Below are positions 17,038-26,557 of a stretch of DNA of 32,000 nucleotides, piece after piece (positions within the stretch are counted from its first letter, which is position 1; each line of letters starts with the position of its first letter). Origin of the DNA: Promethearchaeota archaeon (GTDB taxonomy: Archaea > Asgardarchaeota > Lokiarchaeia > Sigyniarchaeales > Promethearchaeaceae); NCBI GenBank assembly GCA_016933055.1, contig JAFGBS010000009.1:510001-542000 (forward strand), in the 5' to 3' direction. Position numbers and translations under genes: made by a program. The notes under the pieces were generated by a model. It searched no databases. It had not been told where the DNA came from and saw nothing but the letters and a program-made list of their open reading frames with translations.

Positions 17038-17871
17038 TCACTTCATTTTGATTGCGGGAGGATGGAATTTCTTGAGAACTTCTTCTACACTTAATCCCTT
17101 ATGGACAATACTGCTAATGATTTGTGTAGAACGCTTAGGATTTGTAGATCCAAAAATATTCCGGCCCACCGCGGCTCCTCGAGCTCCTGCTGCCATAGCA
17201 TCGGAGATCATGCGGTAAAAATCTATTGAATCCTTTTGTTTGGGACCTCCCGCTACCACAATAGGAATGGGGGTAATTTCACAAATTGTTTTGAAGGAGT
17301 CAATATCTCCTGTATAGTTAGTTTTGATGATATCGGCTCCTAATTCAACACCAATTCTTACACAATGGGAGATGAGTCCTGGATCATATTCAGATTTTAC
17401 GTTAGGGCCTCGTGGATATATCATAGTTAGTAATGGAACTCCCCAGTTCATACAATCTTCACTTACTTCTCCCAATAGTTCCAACATTTCTCCATCTCCA
17501 TCATCGCCGATATTCACATGCATAGAGACTGCATCAGCACCGTATTGGAGGGCTTCTGAAACAGAACATACGGGGATTTTCAAATTTGGATTAGGGCTAA
17601 AATTGGGAGAACCATTCAAGTGTATGATAAGTCCTAATCCTTGCTGAAAGGGCTTTAGTTCATAAGTATTGGTAAATAATACATTTTTAGCGTTACCTTT
17701 ATGGAGTATAACTGCATCAGCACCACCACTCCCTACCTTAGTAATAAGATCTCCGACGTTATCAAGCCCTGGAAGAACACCGTAAGTTATTCCGTGATCT
17801 ATCGTAAAAAACAAGAAATTTTCAGATAGATTGTTACCTATCCTTTTTAACCGTAATTTTTTTCCGTACAT
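17038..17871 (-). CDS. DhnA-type class I aldolase, closest to 2-amino-3,7-dideoxy-D-threo-hept-6-ulosonate synthase (MJ0400-type)
   Basis: IDHG, DAVILHKG, GADAVSMHVNIG, WGVPLLTMIYPRG, LGADIIKTNYTGDIDSF (Schiff-base Lys), AGG, AVGRNIF. ATG at 17871 (MYGKKLRL) preferred over 17904. Confidence 0.85.
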   Translation of the reverse strand: MYGKKLRLKRIGNNLSENFLFFTIDHGITYGVLPGLDNVGDLITKVGSGGADAVILHKGNAKNVLFTNTYELKPFQQGLGLIIHLNGSPNFSPNPNLKIPVCSVSEALQYGADAVSMHVNIGDDGDGEMLELLGEVSEDCMNWGVPLLTMIYPRGPNVKSEYDPGLISHCVRIGVELGADIIKTNYTGDIDSFKTICEITPIPIVVAGGPKQKDSIDFYRMISDAMAAGARGAAVGRNIFGSTNPKRSTQIISSIVHKGLSVEEVLKKFHPPAIKMK

Positions 17872-17993
17872 GTGTAACCCTTTAGAATAGGTATGTCTCT
17901 TCAATATAAAATATTCCTTCGTTTCAAACTGAATAGTTTAAATAATTAAAAAGTTTACTCCGATTATCGTAATATATTCCTATATTCAGAATA

Positions 17994-19568
17994 TTGAGCA
18001 GAATGAACATAAAAACGGATTTTCTTATCATTGGTGCGGGTATTGCGGGATTAAAAGCAGCAACTGAATTGCAAAAATATGGAAACGTTCTGGTACTTGT
18101 AAAACAAACACTCCCCGAATGTAATACTTATTATGCTGCCGGTGGAATTTCTTGTGTTTGGAGTAATGAAGATTCCTTTGAACAACACAAAAAGGATACT
18201 ATGGTTGCTGGGGATGGTTTATGCAAAGAATCAGTGGTAGATGAGATAGTTCGTTCAGGTCCTGTGCGCGTTAAAGAATTAATTGAGTGGGGTGTTCAAT
18301 TTGATAAGAAAGAAGATGGGCATTATGATCTAACTCGCGAAGGGGGACATTCTCAAAGAAGAATTCTTCATGTTCAGGATCTTACAGGACAAGCGATTTT
18401 AACCACACTACTAAGTAAGCTAAGGACTTATTCTAATATTGAGGTACGTGAACATAATATTGCAATTAATTTATATGGCCGTGATAATATATGCAGAGGT
18501 GCCTATGTTCTAAACAAAAAATCAAATGAAATATATACGATTTCTGCTAAAGCTACTATTTTAGCAACAGGTGGGTGCGGAAAAGTATATCTTTATACCA
18601 GTAATCCGGATATAGCTTCTGGAGACGGTATTGCAATGGCTTATCGCATCGGTGCTGCAATTTCGAATATGGAATTTGTCCAATTTCATCCTACTTGCTT
18701 ATATCATCCTTATGCAAAGAATTATCTCATCTCAGAATCGTTACGAGGTGAAGGTGCGCAATTATTAGACAAATCAGGCCACAAATTCATGGAAAATTAT
18801 CATCCGCTTAAGGAACTAGCGCCTCGCGATATTGTATCTCGTGCAATTGATGATGTTTTAAAACGCACAGGTGATGACTATGTCATGTTGGATATTTCGT
18901 TCAAAGATGCGGATTATTTACGTAAAAGGTTTCCTGGCATCAATGAAAGTTGCTTAAAATATGATATAGATTTTACTAAAGAACCAATCCCTGTTGTTCC
19001 TGCAGCCCATTACATGTGTGGAGGTATTATGGCAAATACCAGGGGGGAAACCAATGTTAAACGACTGTTTGCTATTGGTGAATGCGCGTGCACAGGGTTG
19101 CACGGTGCGAATCGTCTTGCTAGTAATTCCTTACTAGAGGGATTGGTATGCGGTTATAATTGTGGAAAATATATAGGTACTCATTTAGAACAATTTGGAG
19201 AGAATTCTCTTGATTTTCCTGATTGGGAAGAAGGTCATGCTGTAGACCCCAAAGAAGCTGTAGTCATTACTCAAAATTGGGACGAGATTAGACGAGTCAT
19301 GCAAAACTATGTGGGAATCGTCAAAACTGACACATGGTTGAAAAGAGCATGGGATCGTTTGAATCTTATCCATGATGAAATAGATCAGTATTATTGGGAT
19401 TTCCGTATCACTTCTGATTTAATTGAGCTGCGAAATCTCATTACTGTTGCTAGATTGATTTTGAAATGTTCAAGAGCCCGTAAGGAAAGCCGCGGGTTAC
19501 ATTATAACCTAGATTATCCGAATAAATCGAGATTAGTTCGGGATTCTGTGGTGAAATATTATTGGTAA
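17994..19568 (+). CDS. nadB: L-aspartate oxidase
   Basis: GAGIAG, EGGHSQRRILH, MEFVQFHPT, LISESLRGEG, ELAPRDIVSRAI, PAAHYMCGG, GLHGANRLASNSLLEG, RKESRGLH; ATG at 18003 possible. Confidence 0.92.
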   Translation: MSRMNIKTDFLIIGAGIAGLKAATELQKYGNVLVLVKQTLPECNTYYAAGGISCVWSNEDSFEQHKKDTMVAGDGLCKESVVDEIVRSGPVRVKELIEWGVQFDKKEDGHYDLTREGGHSQRRILHVQDLTGQAILTTLLSKLRTYSNIEVREHNIAINLYGRDNICRGAYVLNKKSNEIYTISAKATILATGGCGKVYLYTSNPDIASGDGIAMAYRIGAAISNMEFVQFHPTCLYHPYAKNYLISESLRGEGAQLLDKSGHKFMENYHPLKELAPRDIVSRAIDDVLKRTGDDYVMLDISFKDADYLRKRFPGINESCLKYDIDFTKEPIPVVPAAHYMCGGIMANTRGETNVKRLFAIGECACTGLHGANRLASNSLLEGLVCGYNCGKYIGTHLEQFGENSLDFPDWEEGHAVDPKEAVVITQNWDEIRRVMQNYVGIVKTDTWLKRAWDRLNLIHDEIDQYYWDFRITSDLIELRNLITVARLILKCSRARKESRGLHYNLDYPNKSRLVRDSVVKYYW

Positions 19569-19592
19569 GAAAAAGAAAAATAAAAAGAAGAA

Positions 19593-20408
19593 TTACTTTC
19601 TAGCGCGTATTAGATAAGACCATTTTATTATTAGGGACAGAACTACAGCTAAAATTGCAATTCCTGTAGATATTACAATTCCAGTTTCAAGAGGTATGAC
19701 ACTTACCCGTTTTATTATAATACCCGCTAGTGCCCAGATTATCACCAAATTATATCCAATGTCTTTTCGGGTAAAAATATTTAAGATTGAAATAACTGCT
19801 GCAGCAGCAATGACTATTATTGTCCAGAAGGCTTCTGAAATACCAAATCCTGTTAGAACAGGCACCAGATTTTGAGTAACCAATACCGCAACAACATTTG
19901 CTATTGTAGCGACAGTAATCCAGCCTAAATAGAGACTAAAGGTCAGATGCACTAGAATGATCTCTTTCCATGGTACTTCACGTTTTCCAATTCCCAAGCG
20001 TAGATAGACCACAATCAAAGATGCCAGAAGGAGAAGCATCGCAAATAGCGAAATGAACACATATTGCCAGTGCCATAAGAAAATCCATACAAAGTTACCA
20101 ACTGAAGACAAAATAAACCATATTCCAACCCTATTTATTGCTTCTACATCTTCTTCCTTCTTGGTGATGAGAACATATACATTATATCCTCCAAACAGAA
20201 GAAACCATAAATAGATGATCCCCCAAATAGTGAAAGTGATCCCTGCAGGCACAAAAAGGTTTGGGATGGCGTCTGACAATGTTCCTGTATCAATTCCATT
20301 AAGAGGTAATATAGAAGCGAGGGCATTTACTGTTATCACCGCAATTATACTCACTAGATTTCCGATTACAAACCAAATTACTTTTTTGTTTTTATCCATT
20401 TTATTCAC
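19593..20408 (-). CDS. TspO/MBR-related tryptophan-rich membrane protein
   Basis: FVPAGITFTIWGIIY, NFVWIFLWHW, YLGWITVATIAN; about 8 TM. Confidence 0.75.
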   Translation of the reverse strand: MNKMDKNKKVIWFVIGNLVSIIAVITVNALASILPLNGIDTGTLSDAIPNLFVPAGITFTIWGIIYLWFLLFGGYNVYVLITKKEEDVEAINRVGIWFILSSVGNFVWIFLWHWQYVFISLFAMLLLLASLIVVYLRLGIGKREVPWKEIILVHLTFSLYLGWITVATIANVVAVLVTQNLVPVLTGFGISEAFWTIIVIAAAAVISILNIFTRKDIGYNLVIIWALAGIIIKRVSVIPLETGIVISTGIAILAVVLSLIIKWSYLIRARK

Positions 20409-20532
20409 TCTATGTTTTTGTAATAATCTTATTCAAATACTTAAAGACTTAAACATGAATAAAAATTTGAGATATATTAAGATTGGTTAGTGGTACTTCA
20501 CAAAAATCCTCATTATTTTATTTTTTAGAAGA

Positions 20533-21345
20533 TTATGCAACGAGTAAATTTCTGATAATCAGAACGAGAAAATACAACAAAATTATATTTCCAAGTATTA
20601 TTCCGACATCTTTTACTCCAGATTTCGGTCGTTCTGGTTTCCGGAATACATAGATGGAACCAATTGGGATAAGACAGAAAGGAATGAAATAGATATCATC
20701 TAAGACAATAACAGTGATTATTCCAACTCCAATCGTTATTAATGAGGATAAGATGACAATAATTTGTTGAATTTTTAATGAAAACCGTGTTATTGCGTCT
20801 CCATCAATTGCTTCATGAACTACTTGACCCGTAAATGCGAATGCAAAAAATGTTATCATTAAAAACCATTCTTGGCTACTAACAACTGGTGTCAGTCCAG
20901 AGTCGATCTTAATTATGAGATATGGTAAAAAAACATGACTTATTCCCAAAAGAATTTGATTTATTATGGGTATGTGCTTTTCCAGACAGTATACGATTAC
21001 ACATACTATTATTATGCCCAATATTATTCCATTAATCCAATTTTCGATTATTGCTCGTATGAATAGCATCGTACCAAAAATAAACGAAAGGATAGAAATA
21101 GTTAAAATTTCCCTCCATGTAAAACCGTTAATGCGTTCAATAGTGTCCGTTTCCTCGGGATTCCGTACATCTATCATGTCATTTAAAGTATTACCCGTTA
21201 TTGCATACAAGAAAAATCCCATTATTATGTCAATATATCTCCATAATACTAAATCATGTAGATATATTGCTAATAAGCATGGGATGAGTACGGAAAAAGT
21301 ATATCCTAATCGGAGTAAATCAAAGCGTCGACTCACATTAATCAA
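20533..21345 (-). CDS. UbiA-family prenyltransferase
   Basis: LNDMIDVRNPEETD first Asp-rich motif, HEAIDGD second motif, multiple TM. Confidence 0.78.
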   Translation of the reverse strand: MINVSRRFDLLRLGYTFSVLIPCLLAIYLHDLVLWRYIDIIMGFFLYAITGNTLNDMIDVRNPEETDTIERINGFTWREILTISILSFIFGTMLFIRAIIENWINGIILGIIIVCVIVYCLEKHIPIINQILLGISHVFLPYLIIKIDSGLTPVVSSQEWFLMITFFAFAFTGQVVHEAIDGDAITRFSLKIQQIIVILSSLITIGVGIITVIVLDDIYFIPFCLIPIGSIYVFRKPERPKSGVKDVGIILGNIILLYFLVLIIRNLLVA

Positions 21346-21372
21346 GAAGGATAAGAATTAGTATAATAAAAA

Positions 21373-23040
21373 TTAGTTTAATAGATCGGGACGATGTTGT
21401 AGTAAATCCGTTTTTAAGGGGGGATACAGTGAAATTGCTTTCTTAAGTCCTACTGACTCGGGTCTTGGGCTTGAATATTTTCCATCCTTAGGATACGTGC
21501 GTTTATCTGCTGATACAACGATTTTTGTGTCTTTAGTTAAGGTTTTCAACCACTTCACATACAATGGGTGATTCCATTTCCGAATTGCAAGCATTGTTTC
21601 AAAATGGTTACCAATAATCTCGATTGGGCCTTTGCCTGCCTGAATAGCATCTCTAGCTTGCACCATGGACTTAGCACCACCAAAAGTGCCCAAATCATGT
21701 GCATGAGTACCTCCGCCCGCTTGGAAAATGATATCTTGATTATAATTCTTCCCTGTTGGGTCCATTTCACGACTAACATCCCACATTACAGGGGCTTTAA
21801 GACCACCAGAACAAATTGGACGTACAGTTTTAAGGGTACCTAGCGGCCTAAATAATGGTTCTTGATTTTCTAAGGGTTCCTTCTTTCCTTTTTCCATTTT
21901 ACCTTTGGGAGCTCCAATATGAAGTTGATCAATTCCTGCCAATCGCGCAAATAATGCAATAACTCTCATTGAGGTACCATGTCGTAACTCGAGTAGTTTC
22001 CCATTTACAATGATTTCCGGATAAATAGTTCTATCACCATGTCCCGCTCGATGTCCATGCAATATCATATCTGGATATCTTTTTCGGATGGTTTGAACTG
22101 CGGTAAACCCTGCTGCGAGGACATCTATCATTAAACAATTACCTCCTAATGATTTGATTAAATCTGCCCGTTGAAACATAACATCAATTTCACCACTGGT
22201 AATATTGGGAACATAAATTAATTTTCTACTTGTTTCTTTCTCAATTTGCTTTACAATTTCTAATACTTTTCGCACACGAGATTCAAACATGCAATATTTT
22301 TGATCCGTGAGATTTTCATCATCCTTCACTACATCTAAACCTGCTAAGAAAGAACGATGTGCAGTTTTTGCCCAATCTTCAACACTCAATCCCGTTTTCG
22401 GTTTAACTATGGTACCAACCGTAATTTTGTTTCCTAATAATTGTCTGAGACCTTCGTTACCGATTTGGGGACCCAAAAAAGAATCAGCAAAATCATCAGG
22501 AAGATCTAAATCTTCAAGGCGGACACCATATGTGGCACTTGTCATCCCATTATAATTACCCTCTACAACACTAAGTAACTGTGGGAGGTTTCCATACTCA
22601 AATCCTTGCTTTGGTAGTGCAATGGCTGCCATACCGGTTTTCATATTTACTCCAACTACTTTCGCTTGAAGGATTTTCATATTTTCCTTAGAATTTTTAT
22701 CCATCTCTTCAAGAGTAATCGTTTTTAAGTCGGGATCCCATGTTCCTGTTGATTCTTCCGCTGCGATGTCTAAGCTTGACCATAAGAAGTCGTAATCTAA
22801 TTTACCAGTTTTATTACGCGGGTTGATAGATAGATACATTATAATATAATTTTGTTTAATTCGTTCATAGGAATAGTCAAAATCATTATCTGGAAAATAC
22901 GGACCAAATCGTTTTCGAGATTTTTCATCCATAATTGACATATCAGGAGGAGTTAGGTTATACGCTTTAAACAAGTTACATGATACAAATGGGATCTCTA
23001 CTGATTCTTCAAATAATACCCAATTTTGAATTTCTACCAC
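21373..23040 (-). CDS. rbcL: RuBisCO large subunit, form III-like, with terminal extensions
   Basis: AAEESTGTW, EGNYNGM, GTIVKPKTGL, GLDVVKDDENL, LHGHRAGH, QLHIG, GKME, CSGGL, QAGGGT. AGGAGG lies 7 nt before the GTG at 23040 (track start TTG 23046). Confidence 0.92.
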   Translation of the reverse strand: MVEIQNWVLFEESVEIPFVSCNLFKAYNLTPPDMSIMDEKSRKRFGPYFPDNDFDYSYERIKQNYIIMYLSINPRNKTGKLDYDFLWSSLDIAAEESTGTWDPDLKTITLEEMDKNSKENMKILQAKVVGVNMKTGMAAIALPKQGFEYGNLPQLLSVVEGNYNGMTSATYGVRLEDLDLPDDFADSFLGPQIGNEGLRQLLGNKITVGTIVKPKTGLSVEDWAKTAHRSFLAGLDVVKDDENLTDQKYCMFESRVRKVLEIVKQIEKETSRKLIYVPNITSGEIDVMFQRADLIKSLGGNCLMIDVLAAGFTAVQTIRKRYPDMILHGHRAGHGDRTIYPEIIVNGKLLELRHGTSMRVIALFARLAGIDQLHIGAPKGKMEKGKKEPLENQEPLFRPLGTLKTVRPICSGGLKAPVMWDVSREMDPTGKNYNQDIIFQAGGGTHAHDLGTFGGAKSMVQARDAIQAGKGPIEIIGNHFETMLAIRKWNHPLYVKWLKTLTKDTKIVVSADKRTYPKDGKYSSPRPESVGLKKAISLYPPLKTDLLQHRPDLLN

Positions 23041-23047
23041 GTGCAAT

Positions 23048-23053
23048 CCTCCT
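23048..23053 (-). promoter_or_regulatory. Shine-Dalgarno-like AGGAGG overlapping the isomerase stop codon, serving rbcL
   Basis: Minus strand reads TAGGAGGATTGCACGTG. Similar purine-rich motifs precede starts at 1578, 7482, 11269 and 28018. Confidence 0.65.
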
Positions 23054-23993
23054 AAAATTGTCCTACGGGTTTTAAATCGGGATACTGTTCATAAAACACA
23101 CGTGATACTAATGTTGCAGGAAAAATCCCTGCTTCGGTAATCAATGCATCTATATATCGTCTGGATACAGTTTCAAAGGCTGGATTCTTGATTTTTAGTT
23201 CTTTCGGTTTATTTTCCCAAATTTCAGTATAATCACGCATTTCTATTTTTTCTAATGTTCCAAAAACCGATTCGGGATTATATTTCAATAACGGAGTCGC
23301 CACATAATAGGGGATATGCATTTCCCGAGCTACTAGTGCGAGTAATCTTGATCCAATCTTATTAAGAACCGTTCCTTCGGATGTGATTGCATCTGCACCA
23401 ATAAGAATCATATCGATTGGGTAATTTCGAACAACCCAACGCATTGCACTATCCACTACTAAGGTAGTTTCAATATTAGCATCCAAAAGCTCTTGCGCAG
23501 TGATATACCCTTGGAAACGTGGTCGCGTTTCGGTGCAAAATACATGGAAATTTTTTTGTTGTTCTTTTGCTCGCAACAAAATTCCCGTAACAACTGAAGA
23601 ATGACAATGGGTCAATATATTGAAATATCGTTTGGTTGGAATTCGTTCAGAACCGATTTCTTTTATTCGTTCTTTTGCATTTCTCAGTGTTTCAATATAA
23701 ATTTTTGAATATTCGGTGACATAATCAGCGATATTCACACTTGGATCTTCCTTGAGATAATTTAATTTATTCAAAACAAATTGGAGTCCGTTACGCAATG
23801 CGGGTTCCGTAGCACGAGCGTTTTTGATTAACTCCTTCGCTTTTATTAAATCATTGAATAATTTTCTTGCCGGTAAATTCTGATGTCTCTGTGTAAAATC
23901 GTGCAGTAACTCCATTCCATATTTAGCAACATTTGTTGCACCCTGTACACGCAATGATTTGATTTCATCTAATTTATGTAATAATTCTTTCAT
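23052..23993 (-). CDS. Ribose-1,5-bisphosphate isomerase (eIF-2B family)
   Basis: RVQGATNVA, RATEPAL, THCHSS (catalytic Cys), ETRPRFQG, GADAIT...NKIGS, NPAFE; directly upstream of rbcL. Confidence 0.9.
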   Translation of the reverse strand: MKELLHKLDEIKSLRVQGATNVAKYGMELLHDFTQRHQNLPARKLFNDLIKAKELIKNARATEPALRNGLQFVLNKLNYLKEDPSVNIADYVTEYSKIYIETLRNAKERIKEIGSERIPTKRYFNILTHCHSSVVTGILLRAKEQQKNFHVFCTETRPRFQGYITAQELLDANIETTLVVDSAMRWVVRNYPIDMILIGADAITSEGTVLNKIGSRLLALVAREMHIPYYVATPLLKYNPESVFGTLEKIEMRDYTEIWENKPKELKIKNPAFETVSRRYIDALITEAGIFPATLVSRVFYEQYPDLKPVGQF

Positions 23994-24085
23994 TTCTTCT
24001 CTCTTCTTTTACTTTAAGTTTCAGTTCATGATTGCTATTGTGAAAAAATATTTCTTATGGCTTATTTCTCTATTTACCTCATTGA

Positions 24086-24310
24086 TTATTTTGTCCCAAT
24101 CTGTTTATTAGTGTCATCAGGACTGGTAGATTTCTTAGTTTCTAAATCTCGAGCAACATAAAATGTTCCTCTGTAGTTACATTTTGGGCAGTGATAAATT
24201 TTCGGGGTTATCCATCCTCCTACATTATCAGCTAATTCCAACTTGTGAAAGCAATTTGGACAATATGGAACTTCAATATGTTTCTTGCGTTTTAATTTCA
24301 AAGGGATCAA
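24086..24310 (-). CDS. Small Zn-ribbon protein
   Basis: YCPNCF...GGWITPKIYHCPKCNYRG. Confidence 0.75.
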   Translation of the reverse strand: MIPLKLKRKKHIEVPYCPNCFHKLELADNVGGWITPKIYHCPKCNYRGTFYVARDLETKKSTSPDDTNKQIGTK

Positions 24311-24379
24311 TACCTCTTATGTTGCTTAATTTTTAGAATTTTTCCATGATTTCTCATGTAAACGATTGAAAACATATGC

Positions 24380-25114
24380 TTAGCAGAAACATTTGGGATT
24401 TTTTGATAGTTTCACTTGAAGGAACTGCATTTGTTCTAAATCCACCATTATTAAGGTATTCAGTAATCGTCCCTCCTTCCTCAACAACCCTTTAATTACT
24501 TCAGCTGCCTGCATAGCTCCCAATGTACCCGCAGTAAAACCAAATATTCCAATAGGATCCGAATAGTTATCCAAAGCACCTTCTATGTCAGATTTACCAA
24601 AAACACATCGGTAACATGCAGTTTTATGAGGTATTACAGACATCAATTGTCCTTCGAATTCCCGAACCCCAGCAATTGTAAAGGGAATATTCATTTTGAT
24701 ACCAATGTCATTCACAAGAAATTTGGTTTGTGCACTATCACTGGCATCCACTAGATAATCTGCGTCTGAAATGTAATCCGCATAATTTTTATTTGTTAAT
24801 TTCGCATTAATGATATTTATTTTAACATCTGGATTAAGCTCGTTTAATTTAATTTTTGCTACATCAGTTTTTAATGAACCTAAATCGGGGATGGAGTACA
24901 ATATTTGTCGATTTAAATTGGATATTGAAACAGTATCATATTCAATTAATGTTAAGGTTCCAATTCCCATAGCGACGAGATAATAGGCTAATGGGGATCC
25001 CAATCCTCCAATTCCAACCTGTACGACATGTTTTGAAAGAAGTGACTCTTGTTCTCCCTCAGAAATTTTTCCAAGGTGACGAGAGTATCGCTCTTTTTGT
25101 AATGGTGTGAGCAT
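24380..25114 (-). CDS. ThiF/MoeB/UbaA-family adenylyltransferase (E1-like)
   Basis: ERYSRH, VGIGGLGS, YDTVSISNLNRQ, DASD, CYRC and terminal KCFC. Confidence 0.88.
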   Translation of the reverse strand: MLTPLQKERYSRHLGKISEGEQESLLSKHVVQVGIGGLGSPLAYYLVAMGIGTLTLIEYDTVSISNLNRQILYSIPDLGSLKTDVAKIKLNELNPDVKINIINAKLTNKNYADYISDADYLVDASDSAQTKFLVNDIGIKMNIPFTIAGVREFEGQLMSVIPHKTACYRCVFGKSDIEGALDNYSDPIGIFGFTAGTLGAMQAAEVIKGLLRKEGRLLNTLIMVDLEQMQFLQVKLSKNPKCFC

Positions 25115-25288
25115 AATAATTTCAATTGTAAAAACCTAATATGTCTAACTTTTTCGAAAAGTTTTTTTGGTAATATTAATATGAACACTTAAAGAAACCG
25201 AAATTTTAGGAACGACGACAAAACCAGCAAATCGGTGGTACCACGCGTTTTCTGAATAATTACTGGGTATATACACGTTGATATAAAA

Positions 25289-26500
25289 ATGAAATTTAAC
25301 GAATTTGGAATTAAGGACGAAATTGTCAAGGCATTAGAAGAAAAAAACATTATAGAACCTACGAAAATCCAAAAACAAGCGATTCCAATTGCTTTAGAAG
25401 GAAAAAATATTATCGCTCAAGCGAAGACTGGTTCAGGAAAAACCTACGCATTCTCAATCCCGATTATTAATCAAATCAAAGCAGGAAAAGTACCTGAATG
25501 CCTCATTCTTGTACCTACTCGAGAACTCTGTAGGCAGGTAGCGCAAGTAATGAAACATGCGTCAAAGTATTTGCGAAATGTTCGGGTACTGCAAGTATAT
25601 GGTGGCATATCGATAAATCCTCAGATCCTCACACTTCAGAAAGGAGTGAACATTGTTGTTGCAACTCCAGGTCGATTGATTGATCTCTATGAGAGAAAGG
25701 AAATTTCTTTTGATAAAATTCGATTTGTAGTTCTAGACGAAGCGGATCGTATGCTGGATATGGGATTCTTCCCGGATATCCAATATATTATGAATCAAAT
25801 TCACACGGATCCTCAATTAATGCTTTTCTCTGCAACTATCTTGGAAGAAATCAAAGTTTTAAGCCAATCCTTTACTCGTGGAAACTATACGGACATTAAT
25901 GTCTCCAAAGATAGTCTCACAGTAGAAAATACAAACCAACTTTATTATTTGGTCAAACATTTTAAAGATAAATACTACGCATTCGTGCGGGTTCTAAGAA
26001 AACTAAAACCACAAATGAAGCATGTCTTGGTATTCACTAATACAAAAAAAACAGCAATGTGGTTAAAGGGAAGATTAGAAAGAGAACGCAACCTACCTTT
26101 CAAGATTGAAATGTTATCAGGAGATTTGTCTCAAGCAAAAAGAGAAGTGGTTACAAAGAAGTTTAAAAACCATGAGATTGATTTTCTTATTGCGACTGAT
26201 GTGGCTGCTCGAGGTTTAGATATAGCAAATGTTTCTCATGTAATAAATTATGATGTCCCACAATATACAGAAATATATGTTCACCGTATTGGGAGGACCA
26301 GCCGAATGGGAAAAGAAGGTACGGCCTTAACATTTGCTTTGCAAGATGAATATCGATATATTTGCCAGATTGAAGGATTCATTGACAAAACGCTTCAAAA
26401 GGTCGAAGTACCTCCACGAGCTAATCTATCTAAGAATTCTGGGGAAGAACATAGAAAATCTGGTGGAAAATCACAAGCTCGAAAAGTATTACCTTTTTAA
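25289..26500 (+). CDS. DEAD-box RNA helicase
   Basis: Q motif PTKIQ, AKTGSGKT, PTREL, TPGR, DEAD, SAT, TDVAARGLD, HRIGRT. Confidence 0.95.
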   Translation: MKFNEFGIKDEIVKALEEKNIIEPTKIQKQAIPIALEGKNIIAQAKTGSGKTYAFSIPIINQIKAGKVPECLILVPTRELCRQVAQVMKHASKYLRNVRVLQVYGGISINPQILTLQKGVNIVVATPGRLIDLYERKEISFDKIRFVVLDEADRMLDMGFFPDIQYIMNQIHTDPQLMLFSATILEEIKVLSQSFTRGNYTDINVSKDSLTVENTNQLYYLVKHFKDKYYAFVRVLRKLKPQMKHVLVFTNTKKTAMWLKGRLERERNLPFKIEMLSGDLSQAKREVVTKKFKNHEIDFLIATDVAARGLDIANVSHVINYDVPQYTEIYVHRIGRTSRMGKEGTALTFALQDEYRYICQIEGFIDKTLQKVEVPPRANLSKNSGEEHRKSGGKSQARKVLPF

Positions 26501-26557
26501 AAGGATAATAATCCCATTTATTATTATTACTCTAAACAAGTAGCATAATCCTTTTGG

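Noticed and set aside
21373-23040. Form IV RuBisCO-like protein (methionine salvage) interpretation
   Set aside because: All carboxylase catalytic residues checked are present, and the neighbour has R15P-isomerase motifs.
23052-23993. eIF-2B regulatory subunit or MtnA
   Set aside because: THCHS, ETRP and GAD catalytic motifs plus coupling to rbcL fit R15P isomerase better.
25230-25250. T-box-like GGTGGTACCACG
   Set aside because: No Stem I/specifier or terminator is visible, the downstream gene is not amino-acid related, and T-boxes are bacterial.
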